Of a stretch of DNA of 64,000 nucleotides, positions 56,089-64,000 are shown one piece after another. Source of the stretch: an uncultured Chloroflexia bacterium (GTDB lineage Bacteria; Chloroflexota; Chloroflexia; QHBQ01; JAICKM01); assembly GCA_963784695.1 (NCBI GenBank), contig CAWARZ010000006.1, positions 979,647 to 1,043,646 of the forward strand, given 5' to 3'. A model generated the notes under the pieces. That model had not been told where the DNA came from. It did not search any database and saw only the letters and a program-made list of their open reading frames with translations. Numbering within the stretch: position 1 is the first letter of the stretch; each line of letters starts with the position of its first letter. The translations under genes and the position numbers were made by a program.

Positions 56089-56472
56089 CCGTATCCTCCT
56101 CTACACACCGGCACCGGGCGGGCTTACGCGCCGGACGCCGTGCGCACACCCCACACAACCATATTTTGAGGCTACCGCTGCCGCGTGTCATGATGCCGGA
56201 GTGCCAGAAATAGGCGGCATTCGCGGTTCGAGCTGGGCGTGTACCGCCGGCAATGGCACCAAAGTACTAAAGCCTGCTGCTGGACACTATGGCGAGAAAG
56301 CGCCATCGTACCAGGTCAGGAGTTTGGCTCTTTCGCGTCATGTCCACCTGTCCCGACGAACCTATACTCGGTATTGAAGCAGCGGTCCAGACCGCAAACG
56401 ACGAAGGATCTTGACAGCGAGCAACCTGCGAGGAACGAAAAAGAGCAAGGATCTCGGAAAGGAAACGCACCA

Positions 56473-57012
56473 ATGAAAGATCTCATCGTCGTGGCATATC
56501 AGGACCGCACAGGGGCCGAGGCCGCTCTCGACACGCTGCGCACGCGCGTCGACGAATGGCCGGCCGGCATCGTGGATGTGGTCGCGGTGCGCAGAGAGTA
56601 TGACGGCAGGCTCCGGCTTGACGATAGTTATCAGATCACGAGGGGCGAGGGCCGCGCGTGGGGCATGTTCTGGGGCACGCTGGTTGGCAGCCTGCTGACC
56701 GTGCCGTTCACCGCAGGCCTGAGCACCGCCGCCGCCGCCGGAGCGTTCGCGGCCGGCGCGGCGGGAGGCGCCGCCCTGGGTGGGGTGGCAGGGGCCGGCG
56801 ACGCCAAGCGGACGAAGGACGAGATTGGGCTGTCCGATAAATTGGTGCAGACCGTCTCGGCGGCACTGCAACCCGGCACGTCCGCGCTCCTGGTGGTGCT
56901 GGAGAGCGAGGATCCTGAGCGGCCGGCGCGTTACTTCCGGGGCACGGGCGGCACCATCGTCCGCACCAGCCTGACGGCGGCGCAGCGACAACGGATCGAG
57001 GAACATCCTTAG
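56473..57012 (+). CDS. DUF1269 family membrane protein (copy 1)
   Basis: This is the last 179 aa of track ORF 56239..57012, from ATG 56473. MKDLIVVAYQDRTGAEAALDTLR...DVVAVRREYDGRLRL is followed by a Gly/Ala-rich membrane segment, then GLSDKLVQTVSAALQPGTSALLVVLESEDPERPARYFRGTGGTIVRTSL. This is the characteristic DUF1269 layout. Confidence 0.8.
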   Translation: MKDLIVVAYQDRTGAEAALDTLRTRVDEWPAGIVDVVAVRREYDGRLRLDDSYQITRGEGRAWGMFWGTLVGSLLTVPFTAGLSTAAAAGAFAAGAAGGAALGGVAGAGDAKRTKDEIGLSDKLVQTVSAALQPGTSALLVVLESEDPERPARYFRGTGGTIVRTSLTAAQRQRIEEHP

Positions 57013-57034
57013 CGCAAGAAGGGAGACACTGACA

Positions 57035-58096
57035 ATGAACGACTACAAGTACAACTGGGAATACGGTGAGCCGGCGCTGGAGCAGGCACTTATCGCCGAG
57101 GAAGAGGCGCTGGATCGCACCGCCACGATCCACTGGGAAACGCTGGCGCAGCTGGAGGCCGGCCTCCAGCGCATGAACGAGGAGGAGGCGCAGGAGGCGC
57201 AGCAGCACGCGGCCGAACGAGCTGCGGCGCTGGCCCACGCGCGCGCCAAAGCGCAAAGCCTGCAGCAGCAGCTGCGCGAGCGCGGCCAATTCCGGGTGCA
57301 ACAGTGGCACAACGAGCTGCAGCGGATGCAGGCCGAGCTGGCCGCCGCCCCCCCGGCCGCCCGCGAGAGGCTGGCAGCCCGCCTGAGCGCCATGCAACAG
57401 CGGCAGGCCGCGGCCGCAGCGGAGATGCGGGGCCAATTCGCGGCTCACGTGGCCGCGCTGCAGGCCCAGCACGACAAGCTTGCCGCCCAGGCGGCCACAG
57501 CGCAGGCCGGCGCCAAAGCCGGGCTGGAGCAGCACAAGCAGGAAGTCGAAGATGATCTGGCGAGGGCGCAGCATGACCTGGAATTGTTCAACAGCGCGAC
57601 CGCGGCGGCGCTGTCCGATCTCCAGCACGGCAGGGCGCAGGCCACGAGCGACCTGGCAGCGGCACGGCAACAGGCCCTGAGCGAGTATCACGCCCAGGCA
57701 GCCCAGCTTAGCGGCCACATGCACCAACTGCAAGAGCAACTGGATCACGCCACCGGCCCTGCGCGGGACAAGATCGCGGCGCAGATCGCCGCGCTGAAAC
57801 AGCAGCGCGCCGCGGCGGGGCAGAAGATGTCCAACCTGCTCGAGCGCCAAGCCCTCGCCGCCCAGGCACGGCTCGACAAGGCCGCGGCGGAAATCGCCAC
57901 CGCGCACGCCGCCGACCTGGCGGCGCTGCAAGCCGACGTCGCCGCGGCGCAGGCGGATTTCGACGAAGCGCAGCGCGCCCTGACGACCTTCGCGCATCAG
58001 ACCGATGCCGCCTTCACCGACCTGGACCACGGCATCGTCCAGGCCCATGACGACCTGGTGGCCGGCCTGAAACACGCCGCCGGGCAGTACAAGTGA
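57035..58096 (+). CDS. Ala/Gln-rich coiled-coil protein (apolipoprotein-like helical repeats)
   Basis: Track ORF 57035..58096 with a GGGAGA RBS. It has a long heptad-like A/Q/E/L-rich sequence with recurring AAxxAxLQAxxD units. No family recognised. Confidence 0.65.
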   Translation: MNDYKYNWEYGEPALEQALIAEEEALDRTATIHWETLAQLEAGLQRMNEEEAQEAQQHAAERAAALAHARAKAQSLQQQLRERGQFRVQQWHNELQRMQAELAAAPPAARERLAARLSAMQQRQAAAAAEMRGQFAAHVAALQAQHDKLAAQAATAQAGAKAGLEQHKQEVEDDLARAQHDLELFNSATAAALSDLQHGRAQATSDLAAARQQALSEYHAQAAQLSGHMHQLQEQLDHATGPARDKIAAQIAALKQQRAAAGQKMSNLLERQALAAQARLDKAAAEIATAHAADLAALQADVAAAQADFDEAQRALTTFAHQTDAAFTDLDHGIVQAHDDLVAGLKHAAGQYK

Positions 58097-58107
58097 GGAG
58101 ATCCTCG

Positions 58108-58446
58108 ATGCTGCACACGCTAAAAGCCGGCCACACCACGCGCCGGATGCCAGGTAGTGACGCGCAGCACGAGGAGCACGAGCCCATGCCGGCTGCTCTA
58201 AAGGCGAAGGCCGAGACCGCCGGCATCCAAGTCGACACCGCGGCCTGCAGCGCAGTCGACACAATTCAAGCGGACCTGGACGATGCGGTAGCGCGCATCG
58301 CCCAGGCGGGTGGTAACGCGCGCAACGAGCGGCCGGAGCGGGAAGCGCAGCTTCGCGCGAGGTTGGATCCGGCGCTCATGGACCTGCGCTCTGGGGTGGC
58401 TGAAGCTGCCTCGCAGGTCGCCGCTGACGCGGTGCACAGCAAGTAA
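58108..58446 (+). CDS. small hypothetical helical protein
   Basis: Track ORF 58093..58446. The ATG at 58108 lies 8 nt after GAGGAG, which overlaps the upstream stop. Composition resembles the preceding coiled-coil gene. Confidence 0.45.
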   Translation: MLHTLKAGHTTRRMPGSDAQHEEHEPMPAALKAKAETAGIQVDTAACSAVDTIQADLDDAVARIAQAGGNARNERPEREAQLRARLDPALMDLRSGVAEAASQVAADAVHSK

Positions 58447-58518
58447 CGACTGGAATCGGTAGTGTGGCGCCGATAGCGGAGATTGCCGCTGGCGCAAGAA
58501 AGTTAAGGAGGACTTGAA

Positions 58519-59085
58519 ATGATCGCGCAATTGACTCGCAACTGGTGGATCCCGCTCATGCGCGGCATCGCGGCTATCGTGTTCGGCGTGGCCGCACTGA
58601 TCTGGCCGGGCATTACCCTGGAGGTGCTGGTGCTCTTCTTCGGCGCCTACGCCCTGGTGGATGGCATCTTCGCCCTGGTTAGCGGCCTGACGGCGTCCGA
58701 CGCGGACGGCGGGCTGCGCTGGATGCTGGCCCTGACCGGCATCGCCGGCGTCGTCACCGGCCTGATCACCTTCTTCTGGCCGGGCGTGACCGCCACGGTG
58801 CTGCTGGCCTTCATCATCGCGTGGGCCATCATCACGGGCATCCTTGAGATCGCCGCCGCCATCCGGCTGCGCCAGGTGATCAGCAATGAATGGCTGTACA
58901 TCGTCAGCGGCGTGGCCTCGGTGCTCTTCGGCGTGCTGGCGCTGATCTATCCCAACAGCGGCGCCGTGTCGATCGTCTGGATGATCGGGCTCTATGCCAT
59001 CGTGGCGGGCGTCGCGTTGATCGGCTTCGCCGTCCGAGTGCACAGCCTGGGCAACACGATCAGCCGTGTTACCGGCGCCGCATAG
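58519..59085 (+). CDS. hdeD: HdeD-family (DUF308) membrane protein
   Basis: Track ORF 58519..59085 with an AAGGAGG RBS. NWWIPLMRGIAAIVFGVAALIWPGITLEVLVLFFGAYALVDGIF and the repeated six-TM DUF308 pattern are present. Confidence 0.85.
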   Translation: MIAQLTRNWWIPLMRGIAAIVFGVAALIWPGITLEVLVLFFGAYALVDGIFALVSGLTASDADGGLRWMLALTGIAGVVTGLITFFWPGVTATVLLAFIIAWAIITGILEIAAAIRLRQVISNEWLYIVSGVASVLFGVLALIYPNSGAVSIVWMIGLYAIVAGVALIGFAVRVHSLGNTISRVTGAA

Positions 59086-59137
59086 CGGACGGGTGGCCCC
59101 GCGCGAGGAGACTGCGGTGAGTGTCCGGGCTGGGCAG

Positions 59138-62100
59138 TCACCGCAGCTCTGCGTCCAGCAAGCCGAGGGCGCGGGCCTCGGCCACCGCCCGCGTGCGGCT
59201 GGAGGTGCCCAGCTTCTCGAAGATGTTGCTGATGTGGCGCTTGACCGTGTTCAGCGCCAGGACAAGTTGCTCGGCGATCTCGGCGTTCGAGGCGCCTTGC
59301 GCCAGCAGCCGCAGCACCTCAAGCTCCCGCTCGCTCAACGGCTCCACCAGCACGCGCCCGGGTGCGGTGGCGCTCCGGCTTTCGCCCTGCATGGGTCCCG
59401 CTACCCGCCGCATGCCGGGCGCGCTACGATCGCCGGGGCCAAAGCCGGCCAGCAGCCTGTCCAGATACGCCAGCTTCGCCTCGTCCAGGGCCGGGTGCCG
59501 GGCGCGCCGTTCGCGGGCCCGTAGCTGCGAAAGCAGTCCGGCCATGCGCGGCCCCTCGTCCACAACGCTGCGGATGAAACCCTGACCCTCGCCCAGAACG
59601 ACGGCCTCGCCGAGCAGCGCCAGCGCCCGTTCCTCGTCGCGCTCGTCGCCGGCCTGGCCGCGCATATTGCGCGCCAGCGCCAGCAGCAGCTTGATCTCCA
59701 GCACCTGGCTCTGGCGGCCCCCCTCGCGGGCACGCTCGGTCACCGGCTCCAGTAGCCCAATAGCGTCATCGGGGCGGGCGCGGGCCAGGGCAACGCGCGC
59801 ACGGGCGACGTCTTCACAATCACGCCTGTACTGTGCGGGATACGGCCGGCCGTGGGCGATGAGGTCCGCTTGCCTGCGCTGGGCCACATGCTCCGCCCAA
59901 CCCACGGCACGATCCACGTCGCCCAGCGCGAGCCAGATCCGCACCCGCTCCGCGTCAGCACACAGGGATGCATGTACCTCCCCGATACGCTGCCGATCTC
60001 CTCGCTTGCCTCCGGCACACTCGCCGCCTCCGGGAGGTGCCCCGTCTCAGGTGTCAGGTTTGCCTGTTCCAGTGCCGCCAGCGCATCCTGCAGCTCGCCG
60101 CGCGAGAGACGCAGCCGCGCGAGCACGTCGTACGCGCCGTCCAGCTGCAGGGCAGGAAACCAGTCCGCGCCTGCCAGCTCCAGGCCCTTGAGCAGCAGGT
60201 CGAGAGCCTCGTCGAGCCGATTCCACTCCCGCAGCAAGTCCGCCTGGTAGACGTAGGGGATGCCCGCGGTGGCAAAAGCCGGGCGGTTCGCCGGGCTGCC
60301 CAGCGCGATTGCCTGCTGGAAGATCGCCTCCGCGTCGTGCAGCTGCCCCCGCAATTGCAGCAGCGCCCCCGCGGTGGCCAGGCTGGTGATCTCTAGAAAC
60401 GTCAGCCCGATTTGCCGGGCCTGCTCAGCTACATGCAGTGCATGGCGCGCAGCTTCGACGGCGTTACCGAGCGAGAGGTATGCTGGAAATCGCGCGAAGC
60501 TAACCAGGCTCAACTCCATGTGGTCCTGCGCCGTCAGGTGCGCCACAGCCGCATCGCACAAGGCCAGGGCTCTTGGCCCGTCCTCCTCTAGCGTAGCGGC
60601 AGCGAAGGCGCGCAACACGGCGATCCAGACCAGCATTACCTCCCGCTCACGCGCGCTTACAATGTCTGGGGGCGGCGGTGATTGCTGCTCGCGCAGGCCG
60701 GCTTCCGCGGCATCAAGCCAGGGCACGACCTGCCGGCTCTGGCCGGCGGCCAGGAGAATTAGCGCGTAGGTCAGACATACGGCGGGGCGGGTCCGCAGCA
60801 CCTGGGCGGGAAATCGCTCGAACCAGCGCAGCAGGATGGGAATGCGCGGGGGAAGTATGCCCAGTTGCGCGAAAGCCACCCGCACATCCGTGGGCTGGTC
60901 TGCTCCGGCCGTAGAAGTGTGCCACGGAAGGATGCCGCGCTGCGCCAGGGCCAGCGCGATCAAGTCTAGCGCCAGGTTCCAGTCGCCTGCAAGCTGCGCG
61001 TGCTCGATAGCCTCCCCGCTGTACCCGTGCTCCTGATACCAGATACTCGCCCTTCGGTGCAACAGCAACGGCGAAACAATGCCGTTAGCGGCACCGTGTC
61101 CGTCGCTCTCGCCCGTCTCGTCCGGCGAACCGGGCGGCTCATAGCGACGCTCAAGCTGGAAGCGTAAGGCTTCGGCAAACAGGTGATGGTATCTGTACCA
61201 GCGCCGCTGCGCATCCACGGCCAGCAGGAACAGATTGGCCTGCTCCAGGTATTGCAGCATTGCCTGGCTGTTGCCCTGTTTCCCCGCCTGGCCGGGATGC
61301 TGCTCATAGCCCATGACCGTATCGGCGAGCGAAGCGTTCAGCTCATCGAGGATCGAGGTCTGCAGCAAGAAGCGCTGTACCTCAGCAGGTTGGCGCCGCA
61401 GCACTTCTTCGGTAAGGTAATCGAGGATGTACGCCTGGCTGCCGCTCACCTCTTCGAGCACCGTACTAGCATTCGTTTGTCCGCGCAGGGAGAGGCCGAG
61501 CAACTGCACGCCCGCCGGCCATCCCTCCGTGCGCTGCAGCAACGCGCGTGTATCGGCCTCGGACAACTCGACCCCGGCCGTGTACTTGAGCAGGCCGCCG
61601 GTTTCATCCAGCGTGGAGCGCAGGTCGTCGGTGCCCATCTCCGCCAACCAGCCGCGCGCGCGCCACCGCGCGAGCGGCAGCGGCGGCTCGAAGCGCGTGG
61701 AGAGGACCAGGTGCAGATTGGGCGGGAGATGCTCCACCAGGTAACCCAGGCCACCGTGGACGGCCGGGTCGGTCACGTAGTGATAATCGTCCAGCAGCAG
61801 GAGCAGTTCTGCGCCGGCAGCGACCAGGCTGTTGATGAGCACGGTCAGCACCGTGCTGAGCGCGGGACCCTCGGGGGCGTGCAGATAGTCCAGGGCCGGG
61901 CCTGCAAAGCCAGGGGCAGCCCGCTCGATGGCGGTCACGACGTATTCCCAGAAGCGCGGCGGACTGTCGTCGTCTTGATTGAGGGAGACCCAGGCGACGC
62001 TGGGGCCATCTGGCGGGGCGGGCAGGGAGCGGAGCCACTGGCCCAGCAGGGTGCTCTTGCCGAAGCCGGGGGGCGCGCACACCAACGTCAGCCTGCACCG

Positions 62101-62217
62101 CAAGCCTTCGTCGAGACGGGCAGTCAGTCTGGAGCGCGCTACAAGCGGGTGTGACGCAATAGGTATGAAGAACTTGGTAGCGAGCAGCGGGTCGACCGCC
62201 GGCATGGTACTGCTCAT
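59138..62217 (-). pseudogene. MalT-like LuxR-family regulator (AAA/STAND ATPase, TPR-like repeats, C-terminal LuxR HTH), frame change near 59988-59995
   Basis: ORF 59740..62304 gives MSSTMPAVDPLLATKFFIP...LVCAPPGFGKSTLLGQW (Walker A) and long helical repeats, then decays after ...EASEEIG. ORF 59138..59944 continues ([17 protein letters not shown])[12 protein letters not shown]... and ends with the Lux[48 protein letters not shown]. Confidence 0.8.
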
Positions 62218-62565
62218 AGCCGGGTGCCGTTTCCTAACGACCCAACAAGATCCGGCGTGCCGGGCCAGACGGCCGGCACGAAAATCGATGCGGCTCTCGA
62301 CCAAGAAGTAGTCACCCTCATTATACTACCAGTTAAGTGTTAAAGGGAGATGTGGCCCCTCTGATACTTTCGCGCCATTGCTGTTCATGCCCGCACCTTG
62401 GCATTTTGGCACTCCTGGGTCATGACCGGCAGGCCGTCCGCTCCTATACTCAATACAGAACGAGCAAATAGGGCAGCCGGAGCTCCCGGCGCCTGCGCAG
62501 CCGCACAGGGTCAGGCAGCATTTGCCGGCCGGCCGGCGCGCGAATCGGACGCGGAGGTACTACAA

Positions 62566-63036
62566 ATGGCTACCGTAACAACGAGGGCGACCGGGACTGC
62601 CACGAGAAAGGCTCTGCCCGTCGTCGGGTGGGTGGTCGTGGCCCTGGTGATCATAGCGGCCGCCGTCACGGCGCTGCTGTTGAGTGGCACCGGCTTGGGC
62701 GCACGGGAACCGGCGACGTTCGTCGTGAGCGAACAGAACGCGAACGGCAACGTGGCCCTCCACGTGGGCGACAAGCTGGTCGTGAGCCTGGCGGGCAATC
62801 TCACCACCGGCTACACGTGGGAGGTGGCATCGACCGACGCCGCCATCCTCAAGCCGGTGGACCAGGCGCAGTTCACGCCCGCTGCCACGGCCGTCGGTTC
62901 CGGTGGCAAGGTCTCGCTGGAATTCGAAGCGGTGGGCGCCGGGCAAACCTCGGTCAAGCTGCTCTATCATCGCCCGTTCGAGGCAGGCGTCGCGCCGCTC
63001 AAGACCTTTGAGCTGACCGCCACGGTCGCGAAGTAG
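62566..63036 (+). CDS. chagasin/ICP-family (I42) cysteine-protease inhibitor, membrane-anchored
   Basis: This is the last 156 aa of track ORF 62398..63036. The ATG at 62566 lies behind GGAGG. It has an N-terminal TM anchor and then the three I42 loop motifs: LAGNLTTGYTWEV, AVGSGGKVSLEFEA and LLYHRPFE. Confidence 0.75.
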   Translation: MATVTTRATGTATRKALPVVGWVVVALVIIAAAVTALLLSGTGLGAREPATFVVSEQNANGNVALHVGDKLVVSLAGNLTTGYTWEVASTDAAILKPVDQAQFTPAATAVGSGGKVSLEFEAVGAGQTSVKLLYHRPFEAGVAPLKTFELTATVAK

Positions 63037-63158
63037 TCCCCGGCGGGCGCGACGCCCACCCCAGGGGAAGCCGGGCCGCGGGCAAGCCAAGGCAGCACTT
63101 GCCCGCCGCGTGGAACTCAGACGATGCTGCCGGGGCAGAACAAGAAAGGAGCCTAACA

Positions 63159-63708
63159 ATGGAAGACTTGATTGTGGTGAAGTACGAGAACGAGTATAGC
63201 GCCGTGGACAACATGCAGACGCTGCGGCAGCTCAAGGACGAATGGGTGGTGGACATCCACGACGCGGTCGCGGTGGCGCGCGACGCCGACGGCAAACTGC
63301 ATATCCAGGATAGCTACAAGCCGACGACCGGCGAGGGCGCGGGTTGGGGCGTGCTGCTCGGCACCATCCTGGGCGGGCTGGCCCTGGCCCCGTTCACAGC
63401 CGGGCTGAGTGCCGGCGTGGCCGCCGGTGCCGTGGCGGTGGGCGCGGCCAGTGGTGCGGCGCTGGGTGGCCTCACCGGGGCCGCCGTGGCCGATGCGGAC
63501 AAGGAGGTTGGGCTGTCGGAAGACTTCGTGGACGAAGTCTCCAATTCGAATCCGGCGCGGCCAGTCGGCCATCTTCGCGCTGGTCGAGGGCCACGACCCG
63601 GAGCGCATCGCCACGTACTTCCGGGGGACGGGTGGCAAGATCATCCGCACCAACCTCAGCCCCTACGAAGAGCAGCGCGCCCGGCAGATTCTGGCCGGCA
63701 GCTACTAG
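63159..63708 (+). pseudogene. DUF1269 family membrane protein (copy 2), frame change near 63548-63560
   Basis: The ATG at 63159 lies behind AAAGGAG. MEDLIVVKYENEYSAVDNMQTLRQLKDEWVVDIHDAVAVARDADGKLHI...GLSEDFVDEVSNS is in ORF 63099..63830. The conserved C-terminus GQSAIFALVEGHDPERIATYFRGTGGKIIRTNLSPYEEQRARQIL is read only in ORF 63409..63708. Confidence 0.75.
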
Positions 63709-63826
63709 AAGGATGGATAGCCGGGTTGACCGGCGCCGGAGACCGGGGTAGGCTGCGCCTACCCCGGCCTCTGCTGAACGGCGGTCACGCGCCGCCGGTC
63801 GGGTTGAGAATTGAGGGAGCAAGACA

Positions 63827-64000
63827 ATGAAGGACCTCATCATCGCGGCTTACGACGGCTCACTGCAGGCGTTGCGGATGTTGAACGCCATCACCGAACT
63901 GAAATTCAGCTGGCTGTCGGACGTGTCCTCCGCCCTGGTCGTGACCCGGGATGCCGAGGGCCGGCTGGACGTGCAGGCGACCTATCGGCCCGGTGCGCAT
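63827..64000 (+). CDS. DUF1269 family protein (copy 3), 5' partial at window edge
   Basis: This gene is not in the ORF track because no stop falls inside the window. The ATG at 63827 lies behind GAGGGAG. My translation is MKDLIIAAYDGSLQALRMLNAITELKFSWLSDVSSALVVTRDAEGRLDVQATYRPGAH, the same N-terminal pattern as copies 1 and 2. Confidence 0.7.
   Translation, partial: MKDLIIAAYDGSLQALRMLNAITELKFSWLSDVSSALVVTRDAEGRLDVQATYRPGAH

Noticed and set aside
383-58264. Very long ORFs in the track: 383..1495(-), 886..3192(+), 6041..7744(+), 11901..13649(-), 21570..24215(-), 27797..29536(-), 30085..32211(-), 38103..41012(-), 46543..47820(-), 50717..52366(+), 52382..54652(+), 53112..54638(-), 56708..58264(-)
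   Set aside because: All overlap confidently identified genes on the opposite strand or in another frame. Their translations are dominated by Arg, Gly, Pro and Ala with no recognisable motifs. This is the usual stop-codon-poor shadow-frame effect in roughly 70% GC DNA.
62398-62412. TTGGCATTTTGGCAC upstream of the chagasin-like gene as a sigma-54 (-24/-12) promoter
   Set aside because: The GG and GC elements do not have the required TGGCAC-N5-TTGCW spacing in any register, and no enhancer-binding protein gene is adjacent.

Overview
This is a high-GC (about 70% by eye) bacterial chromosomal segment. SLH-anchored Kelch surface proteins, an OtsA-OtsB fusion and recurrent TGgTATAAT extended -10 promoters suggest a Chloroflexota-like Terrabacteria lineage, but that is inference only. 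I call about 45 protein genes, one tRNA-Ala(GGC), several promoters and terminators, one coding tandem repeat and one candidate structured RNA. Most long ORFs in the six-frame track are Arg/Gly/Pro-rich shadow frames of real genes and are not reported. Confident housekeeping calls are pdxH, pepF (M3 oligoendopeptidase), ogt, pcm, hsp20, lon, otsA-otsB fusion, leuS, a class I/II aminotransferase, a UbiA-type decaprenyl-phosphate phosphoribosyltransferase and an Opp/Dpp-type ABC importer (SBP plus two permeases). I see no CRISPR array, transposase, integrase, phage gene or recognisable defence system. The items most worth follow-up are: (1) a four-gene amide-ligase operon at 36.2-40.9 kb (esterase, ATP-grasp, circularly permuted ATP-grasp, GCS2/YbdK ligase) with no assignable product; (2) a stress or envelope island at 55.2-64 kb with three DUF1269 paralogues, HdeD, cNMP-binding-DUF1003, a chagasin-type protease inhibitor and a MalT-like LuxR regulator; (3) a roughly 320-nt helix-rich non-coding stretch directly downstream of tRNA-Ala that I could not assign to any known RNA family; (4) at least 13 frame disruptions in 10 genes, all in accessory genes, while every long housekeeping gene is intact; (5) two roughly 1-kb non-coding regions bracketing a Kelch-SLH surface-protein gene, one carrying degenerate GGGCGAYCAC-type repeats. 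All family assignments come from reading motifs in the translations. No database search was run.
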